This document shows, piece after piece, positions 39,901-51,878 of a DNA stretch of 64,000 nucleotides (its first letter is position 1; every line of letters begins with the position of its first letter). The stretch lies in assembly GCA_964035545.1 (NCBI GenBank), contig OZ037766.1:18687081-18751080 (forward strand), given 5' to 3'. The notes under the pieces are model-generated. The model did not search any database. It was given only the letters and a program-made list of their open reading frames with translations, and was not told the DNA's origin. The translations under genes were made by a program, and so were the position numbers. The stretch comes from Bugula neritina (taxonomy: Eukaryota > Animalia > Bryozoa).

Positions 39901-42900
39901 ACAGTGTATTTCAGTATGTTGCAGTATGTTCCATTATGCTGCAGTGTATTTCTGTATGTTACAGTGTATTTCAGTATGTTGCAGTACATTTCAGCATGTT
40001 ACAGTATATTTCAGTATGTTGCAGTATCTTTCAGTGGGTTATAGCATATTTCAGTATGATACAGCGTATTTCAGTATGTTACAGTGTACTTCAGTATGTT
40101 GCAGTATTTTGCAATGTATTTCAGTATGTTACAGTGTATTTCAGTATGTTGCAGTATATTTCAGTATGTTACAATAAATTTCAGTATGTTACAGTACATT
40201 TCCGTAAGTTACACTATACTTCAGGTAGTTGTAGTATATTTCAGTATCTTGCAGTATATCTCAGTATGTTACAGCATATTTCATTGTGTTGCAGTGTATT
40301 TCAATATGTTACAGTGTATTTCAGTATGTTGCAGTATGTTGCAGTATGCTGCAGTATGTTGCAGTGTATTTCTGTATTTTACAGTGTATTTCAGTATGTT
40401 GCAGTATATTTCAGCATGTTACAGTATATTTCAGTATGTTGCAGTATATTTCAGTGGGTTATAGTATATGTCAGTATGATACAGCGTATTTCGGTATGTT
40501 ACAGTGTATGTCAGTATGTTGCAGTATTTTGCAATGCATTTCAGTATGTTACAGTGTATTTCAGTATGTTGCAGTATATTTCAGTATTTTACAATAAATT
40601 TCAGTATATTACAGTACATTTCCGTAAATTACACTATACTTCAGTGAGTTGTAGTATATTTCAGTATCATGCAGTATATCTCAGTATGTTACAGTATATT
40701 TCAGTATGTTACAGTATGTTTCAGTGTGTTACAGTATGTTGCAGTATATTTCAGTAGTTTGCAACATATTTCAGTAGGTTACCATATATTTCGCTATGTT
40801 GCAGCATATTTCAATGTGTTGCAGTGTATTTCAATATGTTACAGTGTATTTCAGTATGTTGCAGTATGTTGCAGTATGATGCAGCATGTTGCAGTGTATT
40901 TCTGTATGTTACAGTGTAATGCAGAATGTTGCAGTATATTTCAGTATGTTACAGTATGTTTCAGTATGTTGCAGTATTATGCAATATATTTCAGTATGTT
41001 ACAGCGTATTTCAGCATGTTGCAGTATATTTCAGTATGTTACAATAAATTTCAGTATGTTACAGTACATTGCCATAAATTACACTATACTTCAGTGAGTT
41101 GTAGTATATTTCAGTTTCTTGCAGTATATCTCAGTATGTTACTGTATATTTCAGTATGTTACAGTATATTTCAGTCTGTTACAGTAAATTTCAGTATGTT
41201 ACAGTGCATTTGCAGATATTACACTATACTTTGGTGAGTTTTAGTGTCTCAGTATGTTGCAGTATATTTCTGTATGTTGCAGTATTTTGCAATATATATC
41301 AATATTTTACAGTGTATTTCAGTATGTTGCAGTATGTTGCAATGTATTTCAGTATGTTACAGTGTATTTCAGTATCTTACAGTACATTTCCGTAAATTAC
41401 ACTACACTTCAGTGAGTTGTAGTATATTTCAGTATCTTGCAGTATACCTCAGTATGTAACAGTATATTTCAGTATGTTACAGTATATTTCAGTGTGTTAC
41501 AGTAAATTTCAGTATGTTACAGTGCATTTGCAGATATTACACTATACTTTAGTGAGTTTTAGTGTCTTTCAGTATCTTGCAGTACATTTCAGTATGTTGC
41601 AATATTTTGCAATATATTTTAGTATGTTACAGTGTATTTCAGTACGTTGCAGCATATTTTAGTATGATACAATAAATTTCAGTGTGTTACAGTACATTTC
41701 TGCAAGTTACGCTATACTTCAGTGAGTTGTAGTATATTTCAGTATCTTGCAGTATATCTCAGTATGTTACAGTTGATTTCAGTATGTTCCAGTATATTTC
41801 AGCGTGTTTCAGTATATTTCAGTATGCCACAGTGCATTTTCAGATTTTTCACGATACTTCAGTGAGTTTTAGTGTCTTTCAGTATGTTGCAGTATATTTC
41901 GGTATCTTGCAACTTATTTCAATGTGTTGCAATGTAATTCAATATGTTACAGTATATTTCAGTATGTTACAGTGTATTTCAGTATGTTGCAGTATTTTGC
42001 AATATATATCAGTATGTTACAGTATATTTCAGTATGTTACAGTATATTTCAGTTTGTTACAGTAAATTTCAGTATGTTACAGTGCATTTGCAGATATTAC
42101 ACTATACTTCAGTGACTTTTAGTGTCTTTCATTATGTTGCAGTATATTTCAGTATGTTGCAGTATTTTGCAATACATTTTATTATGTTACAGTGTATTTC
42201 AGTATGTTGCAGTATATTTCAGTTTGATACAATAAATTTCAGTATGTTACAGTACATTTCCGTAAATTACACTATACTTCAGTGAGTTGTAGTGTATTTC
42301 AGTATCTTGCAGTATATCTCAGTATGTTACGGTATATTTCAGTATGTTGCAGTATATTTCAGCGTGTTTGAGTATATTTCAGTATGACACAGTGCATTTC
42401 CAGATATTACGCTATACTTCAGTGAGTTTTAGTGTCTTTCAGTATGTTGCAGTATATTTCGGTATTTTGCAACATATTTCAATATGTTGCAATGTATTTC
42501 AATATGTTACAGTGTATTTCAGTATGTTGCAGTATGTTGCAATGTATTTCAGTATGTTACAGTGTATTTCAGTAGGTTTCAGTATCTTGCAGTATATTTC
42601 AGCATGTTGCAGTATATTTCAGGATGTTGCAGTATATTTCAGTATGTTACAGTGTTTTGCAGTATTTTGCAGTATATTTCAGTGTGTTACAGTATATTTC
42701 ATTATGTTGCAGTATGTTGCAGTATATTTCAGTAGTTTGCAACATATTTCAGTAGGTTACCATATATTTCGGTATGTTGCAGCATATTTCAAGGTGTTGC
42801 AGTGTATTTCAATATGTTACAGTGTATTTCAGTATGTTGCAGTATGTTCCATTATGCTGCAGTGTATTTCTGTATGTTACAGTGTATTTCAGTATGTTGC

Positions 42901-45900
42901 AGTACATTTCAGTATGTTACAGTATATTTCAGTATGTTGCAGTATATTTCAGTGGGTTATAGCATATTTCAGTATGATACAGCGTATTTCAGTACGTTAC
43001 AGTGTACTTCAGTATGTTGCAGTATTTTGCAATATATTTCAGTATGTTACAGTGTATTTCAGTATGTTGCAGTACATTTCCGTAAGTTACACTATACTTC
43101 AGGTAGTTGTAGTATATTTCAGTATCTTGCAGTATATCTCAGTATGTTACAGCATATTTCATTGTGTTGCAGTGTATTTCAATATGTTACAGTGTATTTC
43201 AGTATGTTGCAGTATGTTGCAGTATGCTGCAGTATGTTGCAGTGTATTTCTGTATTTTACAGTGTATTTCAGTATGTTGCAGTATATTTCAGCATGTTAC
43301 AGTATATTTCAGTATGTTGCAGTATATTTCAGTGGGTTATAGTATATTTCAGTATGATACAGCGTATTTCGGTATGTTACAGCGTATGTCAGTATGTTGC
43401 AGTATTTTCCAATGTATTTCAGTATGTTACAGTGTATTTCAGTATGTTGCAGTATAATTCAGTATGTTACAATAAATTTCAGTATGTTACAGTACATTTC
43501 CGTAACTTACACTATACTTCAGTGAGTTGTAGTATATTTCAGTATCTTGCAGTATATCTCAGTATGTTACAGTATATTTCAGTATCTTACAGTACATTTC
43601 CGTAAATTTCACTACACTTCAGTGAGTTGTAGTATATTTCAGTATCTTGCAGTATATCTCAGTATGTTACAGTATATTTCAGTATGTTACAGTATATTTC
43701 AGTGTGTTACAGTAAATTTCAGTATGTTACAGTGCATTTGCAGATATCACACTATACTTTAGTGAGTTTTAGTGTCTTTCAGTATCTTGCAGTATATTTC
43801 AGAATGTTGCAATGTTTTGCAATATATTTTAGTATGTTACAGTGTATTTCAGTACGTTGCAGTATATTTCAGTATGATACAATAAATTTCAGTGTGTTAC
43901 AGTACATTTCTGCAAACTACACTATACTTCAGTGAGTTGTAGTATATTTCAGTATCTTGCAGTATATCTCAGTATGTTACAGTTGATTTCAGTATGTTCC
44001 AGTATATTTCAGCGTGTTTCAGTATATTTCAGTATGCCACAGTGCATTTTCAGATTTTTCACTATACTTCAGTGAGTTTTAGTGTCTTTCAGTATGTTGC
44101 AGTATATTTCGGTATCTTGCAACTTATTTCAATGTGTTGCAATGTAATTCAATATGTTACAGTGTATTTCAGTATGTTGCAGTATGTTGCAGTGTATTTC
44201 AGTATGTTACAGTGTATTTCAGTAGGTTTCAGTATCTTGCAGCACATTTCAGTATGTTGCAGTATATTTCAGGATGTTGCAGTGTATTTCATTATGTTAC
44301 AGTGTATTTCAGTGGTTTGCAACATATTTCAGTAGGTTACCATATATTTCGGTATGTTGCAGCATATTTCAATGTGTTGCAGTGTATTTCAATATGTTAC
44401 AGTGTATTTCAGTATGTTGCAGTATGTTGCAGTGTATTTCTGTATGTTACGGTGTAGTTCAGTATGTTGCAGTATATTTCAGTATGTTACAGTATGTTTC
44501 AGTATGTTGCAGTATATTTCCGTGGGTTATAGTATATTCCAGTATGATACAGCATATTTCAGTATATTACAGTGTAATTCAGTATGTTGCAGTATTTTGC
44601 AATGCATTTCAGTATGTTACAGTGTATTTCAGTATGTTGCAGTATATTTCAGTATTTTACAATAAATTTCAGTATATTACAGTACATTTCCGTAAATTAC
44701 ACTATACTTCAGTGAGTTGTAGTATATTTCAGTATCATGCAGTATATCTCAGTATGTTACAGTATATTTCAGTATGTTACAGTATGTTTCAGTGTGTTAC
44801 AGTATGTTGCAGTATATTTCAGTAGTTTGCAACATATTTCAGTAGGTTACCATATATTTCGGTATGTTGCAGCATATTTCAATGTGGTGCAGTGTATTTC
44901 AATATGTTACAGTGTATTTCAGTATGTTGCAGTATGTTGCAGTATGATGCAGCATGTTGCAGTGTATTTCTGTATGTTACAGTGTAATTCAGAATTTTGC
45001 AGTATATTTCAGTATGTTACAGTATGTTTCAGTATGTTGCAGTATATTTCAGTGGGTTATAGTATATTTCAGTATGATACAGCGTATTTCAGTATGTTAC
45101 AGTGTATTTCAGTATGTTGCAGTATTTTGCAATATATTTCAGTATGTTACAGCGTATTTCAGTATGTTGCAGTATATTTCAGTATGTTACAATAACTTTC
45201 AGTATGTTACAGTACATTGCCGTAAATTACACTATACTTCAGTGAGTTGTAGTATATTTGAGTATCTTGCAGTATATCTCAGTATGTTACTGTATATTTC
45301 AGTATGTTACAGTATATTTCAGTGTGTTACAGTAAATTTCAGTATGTTACAGTGCATTTGCAGATATTACACTATACTTTAGTGAGTTTTAGTGTCTTTC
45401 AGTATGTTGCAGTATATTTCAGTATGTTGCAGTATTTTGCAATATATATCAGTATGTTACAGTGTATTTCAGTATGTTGCAGTATATTTCAGTATGTTAC
45501 AATAAATTTCAGTATGTTACAGTCTATTTCCGTAAATTACTCTATACTTCAGTGAGTTGTAGTATATTTCAGTATCTTGCAGTATATCTCAGTATGTGAC
45601 AGTATATTTCAGTATGTTACAGTATATTTCAGTTTGTTACAGTAAATTTCAGTATGTTACAGTGCATTTGCAGATATTACACTATACTTCAGTGAGTTTT
45701 AGTGTCTTTCATTATGTTGCAGTATATTTCAGTATGTTGCAGTATTTTGCAATACATTTTATTATGTTACAGTGTATTTCAGTATGTTGCAGTATATTTC
45801 AGTTTGACACAATAAATTTCAGTATGTTACAGTATATTTCCGTAAATTACACTATACTTCAGTGAGTTGTAGTATATTTCAGTATCTTGCAGTATATCTC

Positions 45901-47870
45901 AGTATGTTACAGTATATTTCAGTATGTTGCAGTATATTTCAGCGTGTTTCAGTATATTTCAGTATGACGCAGTGCATTTCCAGATATTACGCTATACTTC
46001 AGTGAGCTTTAGTGTCTTTCAGTATGTTGCAGTATATTTCGGTATTTTGCAACATATTTCAATATGTTGCAATGTATTTCAATATGTTACAGTGTATTTC
46101 AGTATGTTGCAGTATGTTGCAATGTATTTCAGTATGTTACAGTGTATTTCAGTAGGTTTCAGTATCTTGCAGTATATTTCAGCATGTTGCAGTATATTTC
46201 AGTGTGTTACAGTATATTTCATTATGTAGCAGTATGTTGCAGTATGTTTCAGTAGTTTGCAACATATTTCAGTAGGTTACCACATATTTCGGTATGTTGC
46301 AGCATATTTCAAGGTGTTGCAGTGTATTTCAATATGTTACAGTGTATTTCAGTATGTTGCAGTATGTTGCATTATGCTGCAGTGTTTTTCTGTATGTTAC
46401 AGTGTATTTCAGTATGTTGCAGTACATTTCAGTATGTTACAGTATATTTTAGTATGTTGCAGTATATTTCAGTGGGTTATAGCATACTTCAGTATGATAC
46501 AGCGTATTTCAGTATGTTACAGTGTACTTCAGTATGTTGCAGTATTTTGCAATATATTTCAGTATGTTACAGTGTATTTCAGTATGTTGCAGTATATTTC
46601 AGTATGTTACAATAAATTTCAGTATTTTACAGTACATTTCCGTAAGTTACACTATACTTCAGGTAGTTGTAGTATATTTCAGTATCTTGCAGTATATCTC
46701 AGTATGTTACAGCATATTTCATTGTGTTGCAGTGTATTTCAATATGTTACAGTGTATTTCAGTATGTTGCAGTATGTTGCAGTATGCTGCAGTATGTTGC
46801 AGTGTATTTCTGTATTTTACAGTATGTTTCAGTATGTTGCAGTATATTTCAGTGGGTTATAGTATATTTCAGTATGATACAGCGTATTTCAGTATGTTAC
46901 AGTGTATTTCAGTATGTTGCAGTATGTTGCAGTGTATTTCAGTATGTTACAGTGTATTTCAGTAGGTTTCAGTATCTTGCAGTATATTTCAGTATGTTGC
47001 AGTATATTTCAGTGTGTTACAGTATATTCCAGTATGTTCCAGTATGTTGCAGTATATTTCAGGATGTTGCAGTGTATTTCATTATGTTACAGTGTATTTC
47101 AGTGGTTTGCAACATATTTCAGTAGGTTACCATATATTTCGGTATGTTGCAGCATATTTCAATGTGTTGCAGTGTATTTCAATATGTTACAGTGTATTTC
47201 AGTATGTTGCAGTATGTTGCAGTGTATTTCTGTATGTTACGGTGTAGTTCAGTATGTTGCAGTATATTTCAGTATGTTACAGTATGTTTCAGTATGTTGC
47301 AGTATATTTCCGTGGGTTATAGTATATTCCAGTATGATACAGCATATTTCAATATGTTACAGTGTATTTCAGTATGTTGCAGTATTTTGCAATGCATTTC
47401 AGTATGTTACAGTGTATTTCAGTATGTTGCAGTATATTTCAGTATTTTACAATAAATTTCAGTATATTACAGTACATTTTCGTAAATTACACTATACTTC
47501 AGTGAGTTGTAGTATATTTCAGTATCATGCAGTATATCTCAGTATGTTACAGTATATTTCAGTATGTTACAGTATGTTTCAGTGTGTTACAGTATGTTGC
47601 AGTATATTTCAGTAGTTTGCAACATATTTCAGTAGGTTACCATATATTTCGGTATGTTGCAGCATATTTCAATGTGTTGCAGTGTATTTCAATATGTTAC
47701 AGTGTATTTCAGTATGTTGCAGTATGTTGCAGTATGATGCAGCATGTTGCAGTGTATTTCTGTATGTTAGTGTAATTCAGAATTTTCCAGTATATTTCAG
47801 TATGTTACAGTATGTTTCAGTATGTTGCAGTATATTTCAGTGGGTTATAGTATATTTCAGTATGATACAG
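18969..47870. repeat. Uninterrupted homogeneous 10-bp satellite with variable 1.8-3.5 kb higher-order units
   Basis: A marker block recurs at 19018, 20828, 23458, 25518, 27938, 31108, 33538, 36738, 39856 and 42774; near-identical tandem duplications of 2420 bp and 3118 bp; register shifts seen only at ~38130, ~41248 and ~47769. Confidence 0.97.
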
Positions 47871-50800
47871 CGTATTTCAGTATTTTACAGTGTATTTCAG
47901 TAGTTTGCAACATATTTCACTAGGTTACCATACATTTCGGTATGTTGTAGCATATTTCAATGTGTTGCAGTGTTTGCAGTATGTTGCAGTATATTTCAGT
48001 GGGTTATAGTATATTTCAGTATGATACAGCGTATTTCAGTATGTTGCAGTGTTTTTCAATGTGTTACAGTATATTTCAGTATATTACCGTATATTTAGGT
48101 ATGTTACAGTTTATTCCGATGTGTTGCAGTGTATTTTAGTATGTTACAGTGTATTTCAGTATCTTTCAGTATTTTGCAATATGTTTCAGTATGTTACATT
48201 ATATTTCAGTATTTTGCAGTATATTTCAGTGTGTTACAGTATATTTCAGTATATCACAGTGCATTTTCAGGTATTACACTATACTTCAGTGAGTTTTTGT
48301 GTCGTTCAGTATGTTGCAGTATATTTTAGTATCTTGGAACATGTTTCAATTTGTTGCAATGTATTTCAATATGTTACAGTGTATTTCAGTATGTTGCAGT
48401 ATGTTGCAATGCATTCAGTATGTTACAGTGTATTTCAGTATGTTGCAGTATCTTGCAGTATCTTGCAGTATATGTCAGTATGTTGCAGTATATTTCAGTA
48501 TGTTGCAGTATATTTCAGTGGGTTACAGTATATTTCATTATGTTGCAGTATGTTGCATTATATTTCAGTAGTTTGCAACATATTTCAGTAGGTTACCATA
48601 TATTTCGCTATGTTGCAGTATATTTCGATGTGTTGCAGTGTATTTAAATATGTTACAGTTTATTTCAGTATGTTAGAGTACACTTCCGTAAATTACACTA
48701 TACTTCAGTGAGTTGTAGTATATTTCAGTATCTTGCAGTATATCTCAGTATGTTACAGTATATTTCAGTATGTTGCAGTACATTTCAGTGTGTTACGGTA
48801 TATTTCATTATGTTGCAGTATGTTGCAGTATATTTCAGTAGTTTGCAACATATTTCAGTAGGTTACCCTATATTTCGGTATGTTGCAGTATATTTCAACG
48901 TGTTGCAGTGTATTTCAGCATGTTGCAGTATAGTTCAGTGGGTTATAGTATATTTCAGAATGATACAGCGTATGTCGGTATGTTACAGTGTACTTCAGTA
49001 TGTTTCAATATTTTTAGGTATATTTCAGTATGTTGAAGTATATTTTAGTATGTTGCAGTGTAATTCAGTATGTTGCAGTATATTTCAGTATGTTGTCGTA
49101 TGTTTTAGTACTTTACAGTACACTTCTGTATAATACAGTATACATCAGTGTGTTGCAGTGTCCTTCAGTATGTCGCGGTGTGTTTCAATCTGTTACAGTA
49201 TATTTCAGTAGTTTACCATATATTTCGGTATGTTGCAGTATATTTCAATGTCGTGCACTGCATTTCAATATGTTACTGTGTATTTCAGTATGTTGTAGTA
49301 TGTTGCAGTATATTGCAGTAGTTTGCAACATATCTCAGTAGGTTACCATATATTTCAGTATGTTGCAGTATTTTTCAGTGGGTTACAGCATATTTTAGTA
49401 TGATACAGTCTATTTCAGTATGTTACAGTGTATTTCAGTATGCTTCAATTTTTTTAGGTATATTTCATTATGTTGAAGTATATTTTAGTATGTTGCAGTG
49501 TAATTCAGTATGTTACAGTATATTTCAGTATGATACAATAAATTTCGGTATGTCGGAGTATATTTCAGTGCGTTACAGTATATTTCAGTATGATACAGCG
49601 TATTTCAGTATGTTTCAGTGTATTTCAGTATGCTTCAATTCTTTTAGGTATATTTCATTATGTTGAAGTATATTTTAGTATGTTGCAGTGTAATTCAGTA
49701 TGTTGCAGTATATTTCAGTATGTTGTCGTATGTTTCAGTATTTTACAGGACATTTCCGTATATTACAGTATACTTCAGTGTGTTGCAGTGTATTTCAGCA
49801 TGTTGCAGTATATTTCAGTGGGTTACAGTATATTTCATAATTTTGCAGTATGTTGCATTATATTTCAGTAGTTTGCAACATATTTCAGTAGGTTACCATA
49901 TATTTCGGTATGTTGCAGTATATTTCAATGTGTTGCAGTGTATTTAAATATGTTACAGTGTATTTCAGTATGTTAGAGTACACTTCCGTAAATTACACTA
50001 TACTTCGGTGAGTTGTAGTATATTTCAGTATCTTGCAGTATATCTCAGTATGTTACAGTATATTTCAGTATGTTGCAGTACATTTCAGTGTGTTACGGTA
50101 CATTTCATTATGTTGCAGTATGTTGCAGTATATTTCAGTAGTTTGCAACATATTTCAGTAGGTCACCCTATATTTCGGTACGTTGCAGTATATTTCAACG
50201 TGTTGCCGTCTATTTCAGCATGTTGCAGTATAGTTCAGTGGGTTATAGTATATTTCAGGATGATACAGCGTATGTCGGTATGTTACAGTGTACTTCAGTA
50301 TGTTTCAATATTTTTAGGTATATTTCAGTATGTTGAAGTATATTTTAGTATGTTGCAGTGTAATTCAGTATGTTGCAGTATATTTCAGTGTGTTACGGTA
50401 TATTTCATTATGTTGCAGTATGTTGCAGTATATTTCAGTAGTTTGCAACATATTTCACTAGGTTACCATACATTTCGGTATGTTGTAGCATATTTCAATG
50501 TGTTGCAGTGTTTGCAGTATGTTGCAGTATATTTCAGTGGGTTATAGTATATTTCAGTATGATACAGCGTATTTCAGTATGTTGCAGTGTTTTTCAATGT
50601 GTTACAGTATATTTCAGTATATTACCGTATATTTAGGTATGTTACAGTTTATTCCGATGCGTTGCAGTGTATTTTAGTATGTTACAGTGTATTTCAGTAT
50701 CTTTCAGTATTTTGCAATATGTTTCAGTATGTTACATTATATTTCAGTATTTTGCAGTATATTTCAGTGTGTTACAGTATATTTCAGTATATCACAGTGC

Positions 50801-51122
50801 ATTTTCAGGTATTACACTATACTTCAGTGAGTTTTTGTGTCGTTCAGTATGTTGCAGTATATTTTAGTATCTTGGAACATGTTTCAATTTGTTGCAATGT
50901 ATTTCAATATGTTACAGTGTATTTCAGTATGTTGCAGTATGTTGCAATGCATTCAGTATGTTACAGTGTATTTCAGTATGTTGCAGTATCTTGCAGTATC
51001 TTGCAGTATATGTCAGTATGTTGCAGTATATTTCAGTATGTTGCAGTATATTTCAGTGGGTTACAGTATATTTCATTATGTTGCAGTATGTTGCATTATA
51101 TTTCAGTAGTTTGCAACATATT
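47871..51122. repeat. Diverged subfamily of the 10-bp satellite, 2538-bp higher-order unit
   Basis: New variants (gttgaagtatattttag, tttttaggta, gttgtcgtatg, gttagagtacacttccg) and small indels; blocks at 48049 and 50587 are offset by 2538. Confidence 0.93.
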
Positions 51123-51878
51123 CACAGGATAGTTAAGGGCAACCTTTTAGCTACAACTGCCTTGCTGAGGTTTGCATTGTAATCATATAAGAATTCAGTA
51201 CCAGTAAAATAAAATCTCACCTAATTGTGCTAGAGTCAAAATTTAAAAACTATGTTGTAGATCTTCTTTTTCTCCAGTGTAAGTTTTTTGGAAATTTCAA
51301 TTTTCATTTTTTTTGGGAAGTTATAGACAAAAAACTGCCGAATTCTGGCCAATTTTGCCTGAAAAGCTGACTTTACAGTACCAGTAAAATATCTCAGCAG
51401 CAAAGCATGATATCTGAATAAAAATTGCACTGCTGGAATCCTGAGATATTTCTCCAGTGTAAGTTTTTTTCTTTTTTCAACCACTCTGCTAGATTGCTCA
51501 TAAATTGGTGATTTATACACTGAAAATGCCATATTTTCTCATAAGAAACTAGCAGCGCGCAGCGCTTCACGCTTCACTGAGCACGTAGGGATGAGAAGAT
51601 ATTGGCGCGTACATGCTAATTACAGGCTAGCTAGCTGGCAGGCTATAATGAATAGCTTGCTTTGTACTTTGTTTATGTAGCACCAATAATGGAATGTTGA
51701 TAGATAACGCAGCCCTAACGAAGGTTGCTGCTTATTGGTTGTAGTTTAATCTTAGGCTAAACAATTACAAGTAGGCAACACGCATGCCACCCGCAGAGCA
51801 ATATTATTCAAGAACCTGAACTACATTTTGAGAGAAATTTATGATATTCTTAGTGAGGATGCCCTTAACTATCCTGTG
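51123..51878. mobile_element. MITE / non-autonomous TIR element B (756 bp; CMC/EnSpm-like termini)
   Basis: 19-bp perfect TIR CACAGGATAGTTAAGGGCA / TGCCCTTAACTATCCTGTG; TT duplicated (51121-51122, 51879-51880); removing the element and one TT restores gcaacatatt tcagtaggtt, seen at empty sites 48583 and 54417. Confidence 0.93.

Noticed and set aside
18969-47870. CRISPR array, telomeric repeat or CENP-B boxes
   Set aside because: No unique spacers or cas genes, no canonical G-rich telomere unit, and TTCG is not followed by the CGGG half of the CENP-B box
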